A stretch of DNA of 64,000 nucleotides from Gemmatimonadota bacterium (GCA_020348925.1 CP070758.1:2991688-3055687); one strand, 5' to 3'; counted from the stretch's first letter, positions 1 through 11,353 are shown. Notes: generated from the letters alone by a model not told the origin. Numbers and translations: made by a program.

Positions 1-293
1 ACTTGGCCAAGCGGCTCTTGATATGGGTGCCCTGTGAACGTACGGTGCTTCGTCACCGTTATCTTCGGACTTACGGTGTCCGGCGGCTGAGGGAGGATCC
101 AACACCCCGCTTGTGTCTGAAGAACAGACGTGCTGTCTGCAACCGGAATTTCCCAGGAAATGTCTTGAAAAGTCGTTCCACTCTCCGGCCAGAAAGGTGG
201 AGGGTTGCTCTGATGACAGACCACGACCAATAGAATCGAGGTGGTCCAGAAACACTTTCGAAGCGATTGTAATTTCGTCCGATCCATCACCAT
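1..293 (-). CDS. 5' part of a probable exported protein, running off the window edge
   Basis: Not in the ORF track. ATG at 293 follows AAGAAGGAG; the frame MVMDRTKLQSLRKCFWTTSILLVVVCHQSNPPPFW... stays open to base 1, with a hydrophobic stretch ending in Cys. Confidence 0.6.
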   Translation of the reverse strand, partial: MVMDRTKLQSLRKCFWTTSILLVVVCHQSNPPPFWPESGTTFQDISWEIPVADSTSVLQTQAGCWILPQPPDTVSPKITVTKHRTFTGHPYQEPLGQ

Positions 294-476
294 CTACACT
301 CCTTCTTTTAGGCTGATTCGAATGACACCAAAACAGAAGACCACTAAATATGAACACAAAACATGAATCTGTCAACCAATAAAGACCTTATCATCCCACA
401 AAATAAGGGGACAGGCAAGACAGGTTCTTTAAAATCCAACTTATTATTTTCGTTCTGTTTGCGAACAAGGTCAATA

Positions 477-529
477 GAGAAACCGAGCTTCTCCAGACAA
501 TGCATTCCCAGGCAGAGTTTGGGAATGAG
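477..529. repeat. REP-like palindromic element
   Basis: Two short hairpins: GAGAA-accgagc-TTCTC and CATTCCCA-ggcagagtt-TGGGAATG. A related CTCGTTC...GGGAACGAG palindrome lies at 2236-2272. Confidence 0.45.
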
Positions 530-574
530 GAATACCCCAAACTATAGTTCGGGTGTCCCGCCCGACTATTATTA

Positions 575-1962
575 GGAGTGTAAGAAGAATGTTTTTGCCA
601 AAGGAGGATCGCTTTAGATTCAATACCTTGGCAATCCTAACCTCGTTCATTAGCCACAGGCAAGAGTGATTTCTATCATTTTTGGGCAGCGTATACGATT
701 TTGGTTGTAATTCTTCTATATGGTATGATATAAGGCTTATAATAGTAAGGGGTTGCATAGTAGACCGTGTTTACTTAGCGTGTTGAACATGCTAAGGGGG
801 TCTATTATGCGAAGAAAGCGCTGTATTTTTTGCGGCAATCTCAATACAAGAAAACACGATAAGAGAACGAAGAAAAGAGCCACATCTTTTGGAAAGAGAG
901 AGTGTTGTTATCAGCGTTGGTTCTGTAAAAGCTGTAATCGTGCTTTTAAACCGGATGAAGGTCATTCAATCAATTTCTCTCTCAAAGTCAAAGCCTGTGA
1001 GTTATACTATGATAGGGAATCCAGTTATCGAGCAGTTGGTCGTCAACTTCGAATAGCGCCCTATCGAGTGTTTCAGATCATCAATGCATTGGGTGCCAAT
1101 TGCAAATCTACGATTGAAATGGCCAGAGAGTTAAATCCTCACTGGTCAGGATATCTGTTTATAGATGAAAAATGCATCTGGATAAAAGGTGATGAATGGT
1201 ATCTCCTCATTGCTGTGGACTTGGGAACGCAAGACATTGTTCATTGGGACTTGGTTTCCAGGGAAGACGAAGTTAACGTGGCGTGGTTTCTCATAATTAT
1301 CAAGATGGTAATAAAATATCCATTCAAGGGACTCATCAGTGATCTGGCGGAAGTGTTTTATGCGACAACTCGATGGCTGCTAGCCGGGATACCTCATCAA
1401 TTCTGCACGTATCATGCCTACAATATCACTGAATATTATTTCAAATACCGTTACACCGTTGGTGGCCACACGCTCTGGGTTCAACGGTTTCTTACTGTTA
1501 CCAGGATTATCTGCAGATGCAATAAATTTGAGACGGCCTTAAGAGCTCTGGACTATTTGGAGCACCATCAAGATGAAATCAAAAAAGCTAAGCTCATCAA
1601 ACGGATGAATATCCTCAGACTCAGGTTTCCGTACCTTGTCAGGCGCTTCAAAGACCCAAATCTAAAACCTGATAATAACATTATTGAAAATGTCATCAGA
1701 CAATTGAACCAGAAGTTAAAGAAAATCGCCGGATTTCAATCATACCAAACAGCCCACAATTCTCTTAGTCTTTTGGTCATGCGATACAGATTTCACAAAT
1801 TCGACTGTTCAAGAATTCCTGGCAACAACAGAAAATCACCGCTTGTGCTTGCTGGAGTTAATACCTCAACAATGAATTGGGTACGGTTCTCCCAAAAAAC
1901 CAAACGTGCTCACAATACAAAGAAAATATGACTCAGTCAGCACCCAATTCCGGATACGCTCC
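575..1962 (+). mobile_element. Insertion sequence, IS256/Mutator-like; ends tentative
   Basis: AT-rich segment containing a transposase. Candidate imperfect terminal inverted repeats GGAGTGTAAGAAGAAT (575-590) and reverse complement GGAGCGTATCCGGAAT (1947-1962) match at 11 of 16 positions. No target duplication seen. Confidence 0.5.
807..1931 (+). CDS. DDE transposase with N-terminal zinc ribbon and HTH
   Basis: CIFC...CKSC, HTH-like SYRAVGRQL, catalytic candidates FIDEK, LISD and NNIIEN, and QFCTYH (the CxxH motif of IS256/Mutator transposases). ATG 807 follows AAGGGGG. Confidence 0.85.
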   Translation: MRRKRCIFCGNLNTRKHDKRTKKRATSFGKRECCYQRWFCKSCNRAFKPDEGHSINFSLKVKACELYYDRESSYRAVGRQLRIAPYRVFQIINALGANCKSTIEMARELNPHWSGYLFIDEKCIWIKGDEWYLLIAVDLGTQDIVHWDLVSREDEVNVAWFLIIIKMVIKYPFKGLISDLAEVFYATTRWLLAGIPHQFCTYHAYNITEYYFKYRYTVGGHTLWVQRFLTVTRIICRCNKFETALRALDYLEHHQDEIKKAKLIKRMNILRLRFPYLVRRFKDPNLKPDNNIIENVIRQLNQKLKKIAGFQSYQTAHNSLSLLVMRYRFHKFDCSRIPGNNRKSPLVLAGVNTSTMNWVRFSQKTKRAHNTKKI

Positions 1963-2319
1963 CCCAAAATGATAGAATTCGGTCATACAAAGTCACTCCA
2001 ATCAAGATATATGTAAATTATTCAGAGAATATTTATGTAATTCAATAGTAGTACTTAAAAATGTCATTTCACTTCTTATCACACGAAAAAGACTCTCCTG
2101 TTTTTTTCCCCTTGCTTTCAACAAGAAACAACATAGCTTACCCATATATCGATCTATCGCTGGATTCCTCTCAAAAGGAGAGTTGAAAGTTGAAAACATG
2201 TAGTTTTTATAAAACTGACGAGCAAAACAAAGTCTCTCGTTCAACATCTCCGAACCGGAATCTGGGAACGAGGTTGTATCGGAACACACTGTAACACTTT
2301 AAAACAGAAGGAGATTTAA

Positions 2320-4899
2320 ATGTTACGCTCAATCCTTTTTTCTACTTTGGTGTGTATGATCCTTGCTGGATTCGCTTGGGCACAGATTCCGCAGACCATG
2401 AGTTATCAGGGTATGCTCAAAGATGGTGCCGGCAATCCTGTGGCGGATAGTACAGTGACCATGACCTTCAAGCTCTACGATGTGGAGGAGGAAGGCACAG
2501 CCCTCTGGCAAGAAATCCGGGAGGTAGAGATAACGGACGGTCTGTATCATGTGATTTTGGGTGGAGAAAATCCCTTGAACTTGCCCTTTGACAAGCCCTA
2601 TTGGCTGGGCATAACAGTTGCGACAGAAGAGGAACTCACACCCCGTTATGCTCTGACTTCTTCTCCTTACAGCTTAAATGCAGTATCGACCATCGTCGAG
2701 CCGGTGGCCGGCCAGGATTTGGTAATTCTTAACACGGAGGGCGAACAGACGCACATTCTGAGCCAGAATGGAGATGTTGCTCATGAGGGCAAAGGAACCT
2801 TCGAAGGGGGTGTACTCATCAACACGGGTACCGATACCATGATGAGTATCATCGATACGGGTGACGGTTACCTTTACGTCGGTTCAGATACGACACAAAC
2901 TCTCGGAAAAGTGCCCTCATCAAAACCCGATAGTTACAGCGAAATCGATCATCTCAGGTTTAATCCGTGGAACCTACAGGTGCCAGTTCTGTTATGTTAT
3001 AAGCTAATAGCAGAAAAAGATGGAGGTGGTTTCGCTGTGGAAGCGAGACGACCGAACGGGAGTGGTATTCTTGCCGAGAGTGTAAGTAATCCAGCTATAA
3101 AAGCGACATCAGTATCTGGTAATGGCATTTTAGCCGAATCGCAATCACTATCTGGAGTGTATGGTAAATCACAATCCGATAATGGCGTGTTTGGAGAATC
3201 GGAAAGCTACATAGGTGTTTATGGAAAATCAGTGAATCACGTAGGCGTATATGGAGAATCCAGTACTTCTAATGGTGTTATTGGTGAATCCGAGAGTCAG
3301 CCAGGGGTTGCAGGTCTTTCCCAAACGGGTTCAGGTGTTTATGGGAAGTCGACAGATCATTATGGTTTGAGAGCTTATTCCGAAAACGACATCGGTCTAT
3401 TTTCTACGGGTGGTAAGGATGCTGCCCAGTTCGATGGTGATGTCCGTATTGAGGCTTCCGGTAAATTAAAAATAGACAATGTGCCAGTTGATCCCAATGA
3501 GGAGAAATTCCTCGTCTGGTCAAGTGACAAGTTTGTAAAGTACCGAACCCTACCTGGTAATGGAGGTGATGAAGCCTGGCTACTGGATGGTGACAATATT
3601 TTTGTCGCTGGTAAGAACGTTCTCATCAAGGATGCCGAAGGAAATGTGACGACCCAGTTCAACGCCGACGGCACATCCACGCACAAAGGGCCGGAAACCT
3701 TCGAAGGCGATGTTCTACTAAAAGACAGCCGCTTAAGCTTTTTATCTTCCGAAGGAATTGAAACAACCGTGTTAGACGCGGAGGGTGCATTATTCCCGCA
3801 TGAGGTAATATTTGATGGCGGTATTCTTGTGCAAGCGGACACAGCGAATGACAAGAGTGCTCATTTTACGGGTGGTGTCGATGTCCGGGGCGAGATCTCA
3901 GCCAAAAGTTTTCACATTGTTACCGATCATGAAGATACTCTTATAAGTCTCAATGCGGATGGAACATCGCTTCATAAAGGTATCGAAACCTTCAAAGACG
4001 ATGTCATACTCAAGGGCACAGACGGCAAAGGGATTAAGCTTGTCGATAGCGAAGGAGTGACCCTGGCCGGATTCGGCAGAAAGGACTTAGATACAGGACA
4101 AAGATTCGCAGTCTATGGTAAAGCAGAAACCGAGGGCGATCTGGCCGGAGCCTTCGATGGTGATGTGGAGGTAAGGGGTGAAATCTACGCCAGCAGCCTG
4201 CATATCGTAAATGACGGGGGTGATACACTCACCAGTCTCAATGCTGACGGCACGTCAAACCATAAAGGGCTTGAAACATACGAGGCAGGGCTTTCTGTTC
4301 CGTTAGGGGATGGGAAGTTTATCGATATCAATCCTGAACTCGGTATTGCTATTCATGATAGAGAAGGTGATTTTTGTTTTCACGCCAATACAGAAGGCGA
4401 TGCTATGATCAAGGAAACTCTCTTTGTGAAAAACTGCATTATCACCGGCGCCATCAGCAAACCTGCGGGTCAATTTAAGATTGATCATCCTCTGGATCCT
4501 GAAAACAAATTTCTCGGCCATTCCTTTGTGGAAAGCCCGGACATGATGAATATTTACAACGGCAATGTAGCTCTGGATGAAGCCGGTGAAGCCTGGGTGG
4601 AACTGCCCGATTGGTTTGGTGCCCTGAACAAAGATTTCCGCTACCAGCTTACTCCTATCGGAGCACCTGGGCCAAAACTCTATATCGCGGAAGAAATTCA
4701 AAATAACCGCTTCAAGATCGCCGGTGGAAGGCCAGGGATGAAAGTCTCATGGCAGGTAACAGGCATTCGCCAGGATGCCTTTGCGGAGGCCAATCGTATT
4801 CAGGTAGAAGAGGACAAGTCTCCGGAGCACAGAGGCACCTATCTCCATCCTGAGTGTTTTGGCAAGCCCGAGTCGTCTCGTCTGAGTTATAAAGAATAG
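2320..4899 (+). CDS. Secreted fibre/adhesin-like repeat protein (probable trimeric beta-structure)
   Basis: Signal peptide ending AWA-Q, N-terminal SYQGMLKD domain, about twelve 10-aa GVYGxS repeats, three NADGTSxHKGxET repeats, C-terminal FKIDHPLDP...HSFVESP domain. Confidence 0.75.
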   Translation: MLRSILFSTLVCMILAGFAWAQIPQTMSYQGMLKDGAGNPVADSTVTMTFKLYDVEEEGTALWQEIREVEITDGLYHVILGGENPLNLPFDKPYWLGITVATEEELTPRYALTSSPYSLNAVSTIVEPVAGQDLVILNTEGEQTHILSQNGDVAHEGKGTFEGGVLINTGTDTMMSIIDTGDGYLYVGSDTTQTLGKVPSSKPDSYSEIDHLRFNPWNLQVPVLLCYKLIAEKDGGGFAVEARRPNGSGILAESVSNPAIKATSVSGNGILAESQSLSGVYGKSQSDNGVFGESESYIGVYGKSVNHVGVYGESSTSNGVIGESESQPGVAGLSQTGSGVYGKSTDHYGLRAYSENDIGLFSTGGKDAAQFDGDVRIEASGKLKIDNVPVDPNEEKFLVWSSDKFVKYRTLPGNGGDEAWLLDGDNIFVAGKNVLIKDAEGNVTTQFNADGTSTHKGPETFEGDVLLKDSRLSFLSSEGIETTVLDAEGALFPHEVIFDGGILVQADTANDKSAHFTGGVDVRGEISAKSFHIVTDHEDTLISLNADGTSLHKGIETFKDDVILKGTDGKGIKLVDSEGVTLAGFGRKDLDTGQRFAVYGKAETEGDLAGAFDGDVEVRGEIYASSLHIVNDGGDTLTSLNADGTSNHKGLETYEAGLSVPLGDGKFIDINPELGIAIHDREGDFCFHANTEGDAMIKETLFVKNCIITGAISKPAGQFKIDHPLDPENKFLGHSFVESPDMMNIYNGNVALDEAGEAWVELPDWFGALNKDFRYQLTPIGAPGPKLYIAEEIQNNRFKIAGGRPGMKVSWQVTGIRQDAFAEANRIQVEEDKSPEHRGTYLHPECFGKPESSRLSYKE

Positions 4900-5160
4900 A
4901 AGAGCCGTAGCTTGTTATGCTGACTAAAACAAGGGTAATTCAATGAAACTCAGACAGACCATTTGCAAAACTCGTTTGAGAGATGCCCAAATTCAGCGAA
5001 CAGCAATCTGGACGGTCAGATGCGCAGCGATGAATTTCTTTCTTTGAGGTATTTTAGCAACTTTTCTCGGAAAAACCGTAAAATATCTGCTTCGACACTC
5101 AAAGAAAGAATCATCTTTTTAAAAATGCTGCAAAAATATGCAGCACCTATCAGAAAAAAC

Positions 5161-5189
5161 TTGACTCTTTCCACTCTGTGACGTAACTT
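5161..5189 (+). promoter_or_regulatory. Sigma70-type promoter of the pyr operon
   Basis: TTGACT-N17-TAACTT. Confidence 0.55.
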
Positions 5190-5205
5190 TGTAAAAATTC
5201 GGAAT

Positions 5206-5322
5206 ACCTTTAAACTAGTCCCGCGAGGCTAGTAAGGGGTTTAAGGGGTGATGCGATTGAGAGGTGGAAAATCGGTCACAAGTTGAATGCCTTCTTGTAG
5301 CTTTGCGAGAGGGTATTTTTTT
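5206..5322 (+). promoter_or_regulatory. PyrR-binding leader and attenuator terminator
   Basis: ACCTTTAAACTAGTCCCGCGAGGCTAGTAAGG matches the PyrR loop pattern (CUUUAA...AGUCCnGnGAGGCU...AAGG). Hairpin plus T-run at 5286-5322. Directly upstream of pyrR. Confidence 0.85.
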
Positions 5323-5380
5323 AACCGCGATAAACCGTACGAGAAAGAGGTTCACCCGTCAGGAGGTTCAGGAGGCTGGT

Positions 5381-5935
5381 TTGAAAAAAGCACAAGTATT
5401 GAGCAAAGAAGATGTTCGGCGGGCCGTAACCCGGATCGCTCATGAAATCGTGGAGCGCAACCACGGGGCGGATGATCTCGTCGTTATCGGCATCCAGACC
5501 CGAGGAGCCTTGTTGGCTGAGCGTGTCGCCCTGAAGATCGGCGAGATTGAACATGTCACTGTCCCGGTGGGTATTCTTGATATTACATTGTATCGGGATG
5601 ACTTTCGAAAGCGGCTGAAACAACCTTTGGTCAAAGCCACGAAGATTCCCTTTGATATCGATGATAAAGACGTCATCCTTGTGGATGACGTTCTGTATAC
5701 CGGCCGGACCGCCAGAGCGGCACTGGATGAATTGACCGATTTCGGTCGTCCGAGGACGATCCAGTATGCGATTCTTGTTGATCGAGGCCATCGAGAGTTT
5801 CCTATTCGAGCCGATTACGTTGGGAAGAATGTTCCGACGTCGCGCAACCAGGAAGTTTTTGTGAAAATTGAGGAAGTCGATGGGATCGATGAGGTAACTG
5901 TTGAGGAGGTGGAGGACACTGGCTCTGAAAAGTAG
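5381..5935 (+). CDS. pyrR: Bifunctional pyr regulator / uracil phosphoribosyltransferase
   Basis: [40 protein letters not shown] start after GGAGG. Confidence 0.97.
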   Translation: MKKAQVLSKEDVRRAVTRIAHEIVERNHGADDLVVIGIQTRGALLAERVALKIGEIEHVTVPVGILDITLYRDDFRKRLKQPLVKATKIPFDIDDKDVILVDDVLYTGRTARAALDELTDFGRPRTIQYAILVDRGHREFPIRADYVGKNVPTSRNQEVFVKIEEVDGIDEVTVEEVEDTGSEK

Positions 5936-6851
5936 ACATCTCCTGGGGTTGGAGGGGATGAGCAAAGAGGATATCGAGCTTATTCTTGACACGGCAACTT
6001 CTTTCAAGGAGATTCTCGAACGGCCGATCCCGAAAGTCCCGACCCTGCGAGGAAAAACGATCGTCAATCTCTTCTTCGAGGCAAGTACGCGCACTCGTAT
6101 CTCATTCGAGCTGGCCGAGAAAAGACTCTCGGCGGACACGGTGAATTTTTCCAAAGCGACATCCAGTGTCCAGAAAGGGGAGACCCTGAAAGATACGGCT
6201 CGGAATATTGAAGCCATGAAGATCGATATGGTCGTAATGCGGCATTCGGCCCCCGGAGCACCCCATTTTCTGGCGCGCTGCCTCGACGTACCGATTCTGA
6301 ACGCCGGCGACGGAGCCCATGAGCATCCGACTCAGGCCCTCTTGGATATGTATACGTTGAGGGAGAAATATGGTACTCTGGAAGGGCTCAATGTTGTCAT
6401 CGTCGGTGATATCAGCCACAGTCGCGTCGCTCGCTCGGACATCTGGGGCTTGAAGACCATGGGCGCTCGAGTGACAGTGTGCGGGCCGTCGACGCTGATC
6501 CCGGTTGAGGTTGATGCGTTCGGCGTGAACGTAAACTATAATATCGATGAGGCTATTCAAGATGCGGATGTCATCTATGCGCTGAGAATTCAAATGGAAC
6601 GCCAGACGAGCGGTCTCTTGCCCTCTTCCAGAGAATATCATCACAGATTCGGTATTACCCAAGAACGCTTGAGACCTTTGAAGAAACGGGTGACAATCAT
6701 GCATCCGGGACCGATTAATCGTGGTGTGGAACTGGCCTCTGATGTGGCTGACGGAGAGCATTCCCTCATTTTGGACCAAGTACTCAACGGGGTTGCTGTT
6801 CGTATGGCTGTCCTGTATCTGTTGAGCGGAGAGGAGGGTACTGTTGAGTAA
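5919..6851 (+). CDS. pyrB: Aspartate carbamoyltransferase catalytic subunit
   Basis: [28 protein letters not shown]. Start uncertain (CTG 5919 or TTG 5901). Confidence 0.97.
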   Translation: MALKSRHLLGLEGMSKEDIELILDTATSFKEILERPIPKVPTLRGKTIVNLFFEASTRTRISFELAEKRLSADTVNFSKATSSVQKGETLKDTARNIEAMKIDMVVMRHSAPGAPHFLARCLDVPILNAGDGAHEHPTQALLDMYTLREKYGTLEGLNVVIVGDISHSRVARSDIWGLKTMGARVTVCGPSTLIPVEVDAFGVNVNYNIDEAIQDADVIYALRIQMERQTSGLLPSSREYHHRFGITQERLRPLKKRVTIMHPGPINRGVELASDVADGEHSLILDQVLNGVAVRMAVLYLLSGEEGTVE

Positions 6852-8160
6852 GAAGAACGGGCAATGCGAGTCACTCGTAATTCAAGGCGGACGCGTTATT
6901 GATCCCGGCAGCAATTTTGATGAGGAAGCCGATCTGTTCATCGAGAAGGGGAGGATAAAAGAGATCAGAAGCCGGAAGACGCAAAAAAGTTCCTCCCGAA
7001 CCTCAATGCCTGTAATTGATGCCACCGAGAAGATCGTTGTTCCCGGACTTATTGATATGCATGTGCATCTCAGAGAACCGGGGCGGGAGGACGAGGAGAC
7101 CATTGTTTCAGGCTCAGAAGCGGCAATGGCTGGGGGATTTACCGGTGTCGCGTGTATGCCCAATACCGAACCACCGATAGATGATGGGAGCGTTGTTCGT
7201 TTTGTGCTGCGCAAGGCCGAAAGCACCCCAATAAAGGTTTATCCTGTCGCTGCGATAACAAAAGGCCGTCAGGGAAAGGAGTTGACGGAGATCGGAGATC
7301 TCGTGAGTGCAGGAGCGGTGGCGGTCTCAGACGACGGATCACCGCTGTCTGATCCGGAGATCATGCGTCGGGCTCTTGAATATACGAAGATGTTCGACAT
7401 CCCGATCATTTCCCATTGTGAGGATTTATCCCTGACGTCACGAGGTGTGATGAACGAGGGACGCATGTCGACTCTTTTGGGTCTTCGAGGAATGCCTCCT
7501 GTGGCCGAGGAGATCATGGTTGCCAGAGATATCGCGTTGACAGAGTATACCGGCGGCCGTTTACACATTGCCCACGTCAGCACAGCCCGTTCCGTAGAAT
7601 TGATACGAGAAGCAAAGAGGCGAGGTGTCCGTGTTACCGCTGAAGCGACACCGCATCATTTTTCGCTGAATGACGAGTCTCTCCGAACCTTCGATACGAA
7701 TTTGAAGATGAATCCACCTCTGAGGACCGCCAGGGATGTCGAAGCCATCAAGGAGGGGCTCGCCGATGGAACTATAGATGTGATCGCTTCGGATCATGCT
7801 CCTCATTCCATCGAGGAGAAGGAAGTGGAGTTCGATGCCGCACCTTTTGGAATTATTGGTCTGGAGACGACGCTTGGCCTTGTCCTGACCGAGTTGGTTG
7901 AGCCCGGAGTGTTTGATTTCTCCGCAGCTTTTGCCACCATGACGCTTCATCCGGCTCAGATTCTGGGCGTCGAAGGCGGTCGGCTGCAAAAGGGCGAAAA
8001 AGCCGATGTGACCATCATTGATCCGCTCAAGAAGTGGACTGTTGCGGTGCATCGGTTCAAGTCGAAGTCCCGGAATTCACCCTTTGGTGGACGGGAACTT
8101 ACGGGAAAAATCGAGTGTGTCATTATAGATGGTGTAACAGTTTTCCGGTCTCAAAACTGA
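6844..8160 (+). CDS. pyrC: Dihydroorotase
   Basis: [27 protein letters not shown]. Confidence 0.96.
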   Translation: MSKKNGQCESLVIQGGRVIDPGSNFDEEADLFIEKGRIKEIRSRKTQKSSSRTSMPVIDATEKIVVPGLIDMHVHLREPGREDEETIVSGSEAAMAGGFTGVACMPNTEPPIDDGSVVRFVLRKAESTPIKVYPVAAITKGRQGKELTEIGDLVSAGAVAVSDDGSPLSDPEIMRRALEYTKMFDIPIISHCEDLSLTSRGVMNEGRMSTLLGLRGMPPVAEEIMVARDIALTEYTGGRLHIAHVSTARSVELIREAKRRGVRVTAEATPHHFSLNDESLRTFDTNLKMNPPLRTARDVEAIKEGLADGTIDVIASDHAPHSIEEKEVEFDAAPFGIIGLETTLGLVLTELVEPGVFDFSAAFATMTLHPAQILGVEGGRLQKGEKADVTIIDPLKKWTVAVHRFKSKSRNSPFGGRELTGKIECVIIDGVTVFRSQN

Positions 8161-8198
8161 GGGTTCATAAAGGGGTGTCGGGCAGGAACATTTTTCAC

Positions 8199-8227
8199 TT
8201 GACATTACTTTGAGGAACCATTAATTT
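8199..8227 (+). promoter_or_regulatory. Promoter of the rplM cluster
   Basis: TTGACA-N17-TAATTT. Confidence 0.6.
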
Positions 8228-8281
8228 AGTTGCCTATTTTTTGCTATGTATCAAAAAATTTTTTAAGAGAAAAAAGGGATT

Positions 8282-8713
8282 ATGAGAACGTATGCGTTAA
8301 AGGCTGGTGATATCCAGCGCAAATGGTATGTTGTTGATGCCGACGGGCAGGTTTTGGGACGTCTGGCCAGTCAAGTGGCTCACATTTTACGAGGCAAACA
8401 CAAACCGTGTTTCTCGACCCATTTGGATACAGGAGATCATGTCATCATCATCAATGCTCAGAAGGTGAGGGTGACAGGAAGAAAAAGTGAGCAGAAATGT
8501 TACTACCGTTACAGCGGTTATCCAGGTGGATTGAAAGTGACGCCATACAGAAAGATGTTGGCATCAAAACCCGAGCGGATTTTGGAATTAGCCATTAAAG
8601 GTATGTTGCCCAAGAACAGATTGGGTCGAAAGATGTCTCGCAAGCTCAAGGTCTATGCCAGGAAGACTCACCCGCATCAGGCCCAACAGCCTGAAGTTCT
8701 TGAAATTAAGTAG
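8282..8713 (+). CDS. rplM: 50S ribosomal protein L13
   Basis: [33 protein letters not shown]. Confidence 0.98.
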   Translation: MRTYALKAGDIQRKWYVVDADGQVLGRLASQVAHILRGKHKPCFSTHLDTGDHVIIINAQKVRVTGRKSEQKCYYRYSGYPGGLKVTPYRKMLASKPERILELAIKGMLPKNRLGRKMSRKLKVYARKTHPHQAQQPEVLEIK

Positions 8714-8731
8714 TCTTAAACGAGGAAAACT

Positions 8732-9127
8732 ATGGCAATTGATGTATCATTCGATGCGACAGGAAGGAGACGAGAAGCTGCCGCGCGTGTGCGCTTAACT
8801 CCTGGGGACGGAAAAATTTACGTCAATAATCGTCCCATGATGGAGTATTTCGGACGGGAATCCTTGGCCATGATTATTCAACAGCCTTTGGAGTCCACAA
8901 ATTTGTTGGGGAAGTACGACGTCATTGCTTCGGCCAAAGGTGGTGGCCTCTCGGGGCAGGCGGGAGCGATCCAATTAGGCATCGCCCGGGCGCTTCTCCA
9001 GATTGACCCCGATTTCAAAAAGCAGCTCAAAGCAGCTCAGTTTCTGACGCGCGATCCGAGAATGAAAGAGCGTAAGAAATACGGACTCGCCAAACGAAGA
9101 AAACGGTATCAGTTCTCGAAGAGATAA
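8732..9127 (+). CDS. rpsI: 30S ribosomal protein S9
   Basis: [29 protein letters not shown]. Confidence 0.98.
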   Translation: MAIDVSFDATGRRREAAARVRLTPGDGKIYVNNRPMMEYFGRESLAMIIQQPLESTNLLGKYDVIASAKGGGLSGQAGAIQLGIARALLQIDPDFKKQLKAAQFLTRDPRMKERKKYGLAKRRKRYQFSKR

Positions 9128-9137
9128 TGTCTTTCTG

Positions 9138-9172
9138 ACAATCGACTCACGCTGTGGGTCGATTGTTTCTTT
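9138..9172 (+). terminator. Hairpin between rpsI and rpsB (terminator or S2 leader)
   Basis: ACAATCGAC-tcacgctgtgg-GTCGATTGT followed by TTCTTT. Confidence 0.5.
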
Positions 9173-9192
9173 AACGAAGGAGGAAAAACGGT

Positions 9193-9945
9193 TTGACTGA
9201 AGTACCTATCAAGGATCTGTTAGAAGCTGGAGTCCACTTCGGACATCAGACCCGAAGGTGGAATCCCAAGATGAAAAAGTATATTTTTGTCGAACGAAAC
9301 GGTATTTATATTATTGATCTCCAGAAAACACAAAAATGTATCCAAGACGCGTGTCAATTGGTCCGAGAGAGTGTGGGACGTCGTGAATCCGTGCTCTTTG
9401 TTGGGACAAAAAAGCAAGCCCAAGAGATTATTAAAACCGAAGCGGAACGCTGCGGTATGTTCTACGTCACGGAGCGCTGGTTGGGTGGAATGCTGACCAA
9501 TTTTCAGACGATTCGTCTCAACGTCCATCGTCTCAAAGAGCTGGAGCGAATGGAATCTGATGGGACGTTCGACGCCCTTCCGAAGAAAGAAGTTTTAGGC
9601 CTCAAGAGGGAACATGCCAAATTGCAGAAGATTCTGGGAGGCATCAGGGATATGGCCTATCTTCCCGGTGTTGTATTTGTTGTCGATACGAAGAAAGAAA
9701 AAATAGCTGTGGCCGAAGCGAAGAAGTTAAATATTCCTCTCATGGCCATCGTTGACACAAATAGTGATCCCGATTTCATCGACTATCCGATTCCGGGTAA
9801 CGATGATGCTATCCGGGCTATCAAGCTCATTACGAAGACCATCGCAGATGCTGTTTTAGAAGGTAAAGAGAAATTACAGGCTGAAGAGGAATTCGAGGCG
9901 AAGACGCATGAAGAGACCGTCGAGAATTCTGTCGTTCCGGAATGA
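9193..9945 (+). CDS. rpsB: 30S ribosomal protein S2
   Basis: [37 protein letters not shown]. Confidence 0.98.
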   Translation: MTEVPIKDLLEAGVHFGHQTRRWNPKMKKYIFVERNGIYIIDLQKTQKCIQDACQLVRESVGRRESVLFVGTKKQAQEIIKTEAERCGMFYVTERWLGGMLTNFQTIRLNVHRLKELERMESDGTFDALPKKEVLGLKREHAKLQKILGGIRDMAYLPGVVFVVDTKKEKIAVAEAKKLNIPLMAIVDTNSDPDFIDYPIPGNDDAIRAIKLITKTIADAVLEGKEKLQAEEEFEAKTHEETVENSVVPE

Positions 9946-9952
9946 GGTTACT

Positions 9953-10546
9953 ATGGAAATCACTTCATCAATGGTTAAAGAACTTCGAGAAAAAACCGGC
10001 GCAGGGATAATGGATTGCAAGAAAGCGCTCCAGGAGACGCAGGGAGATTTTGAGAAAGCCGTTGAATATTTACGCAAAAAAGGTATCGCAGCGGCGGCAA
10101 AACGAGCAGGGCGAGCAACGAAAGAAGGACTCATAGTCTCATATATACACCCAGGAGATCGATTGGGAGTGCTCGTGGAGGTAAATTGCGAAACAGATTT
10201 CGTCGCCCGGACTGATGTCTTCCGTGATTTTGCCAAAGAGATTGCCATGCAAGTCGCTGCTACAAATCCATTGGCTGTTGATCGTGAAACACTTTCCGAG
10301 GAAAGTATTGAAAAAGAGAAGGAAATTTATCGCGAACAGGCATTAAGCCAGGGGAAACCGGAAAAGATTGTCGATCGTATTACTGAAGGGAAATTGGCAA
10401 AATATTTTCAGGAAGTGTGCCTTTTAGAACAACCTTATATTAAGGATACTGATAAAAGCGTCAAGGATTTAGTTACCGAGATAACGGCGCAACTCGGTGA
10501 GAACATAGCTATTAAAAAATTTGTCAGATTTCGTTTGGGGGAATAA
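9953..10546 (+). CDS. tsf: Elongation factor Ts (short form)
   Basis: VKELREKTGAGIMDCKKAL, VNCETDFVA. Confidence 0.98.
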   Translation: MEITSSMVKELREKTGAGIMDCKKALQETQGDFEKAVEYLRKKGIAAAAKRAGRATKEGLIVSYIHPGDRLGVLVEVNCETDFVARTDVFRDFAKEIAMQVAATNPLAVDRETLSEESIEKEKEIYREQALSQGKPEKIVDRITEGKLAKYFQEVCLLEQPYIKDTDKSVKDLVTEITAQLGENIAIKKFVRFRLGE

Positions 10547-10624
10547 TCAGGATCTCATCGTTGAGATTGTTACGCGTCAGTCTATTTTTATCCTTCAATT
10601 CCATCGTCGGTTCATCTTGTCTCT

Positions 10625-11353
10625 ATGAAGACACCTCTCTTTAAACGCATTGTACTGAAACTCAGTGGGGAGGTGCTGGCAGGTGCTTCTCACAGAGCCA
10701 TCGATGGTCCCACACTCGAGAATATTGCGGCTCAAATTCGTGAAGTCAAGGATTGCGGAGTTGACATCGCTGTGGTTGTTGGCGGTGGGAACATTATTCG
10801 TGGTGCATCGGATCATCTTCCTGGAGTGAATCGCATCGCCGGTGATTATATGGGCATGTTGGCTACCAATATAAATGCCTTGGCTCTCAAGAGTTGCTTT
10901 GAGGTGCAAAAAGTCCCGACCGTGATATTATCGGCCATCTCTGTTGAGGGTGTGATTGATTCCTTTGCACAAGATGCGGCCCTATCGCATCTCGAAGAAG
11001 GAAAACTCGTCATTTTCGCCGGAGGTACGGGCCATCCCTACTTTACGACCGATACTGCTGCCGCTCTCCGTGCCGTTGAAATTGGTGCCGATGCCATTCT
11101 GAAGGGGACAAAGGTCGACGGTGTCTATTCTGCAGATCCTGTAGAAGTTCCTCAGGCAACATTGTATCAGTATCTCTCTTTTATGGATGTGTTGAAGAAT
11201 GACCTGAAAGTGATGGACACCACAGCGGTGTCACTTTGTATGGAACACAATATACCTCTCATTGTTTTTAATGCAAAGCGAGAGGGAACATTCAAACGTA
11301 TTATTCTGGGCGAATCCTTAGGAACTCGAATAGAGGGAGAAGACAATGATTAA
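10625..11353 (+). CDS. pyrH: UMP kinase
   Basis: LKLSGE, VGGGNI, DYMGMLAT, FTTDTAAALRA. Confidence 0.98.
   Translation: MKTPLFKRIVLKLSGEVLAGASHRAIDGPTLENIAAQIREVKDCGVDIAVVVGGGNIIRGASDHLPGVNRIAGDYMGMLATNINALALKSCFEVQKVPTVILSAISVEGVIDSFAQDAALSHLEEGKLVIFAGGTGHPYFTTDTAAALRAVEIGADAILKGTKVDGVYSADPVEVPQATLYQYLSFMDVLKNDLKVMDTTAVSLCMEHNIPLIVFNAKREGTFKRIILGESLGTRIEGEDND

Noticed and set aside
2002-2289. 95-aa minus-strand ORF
   Set aside because: AT-rich intergenic DNA with no RBS or motif; overlaps a palindrome and the upstream region of the fibre gene.
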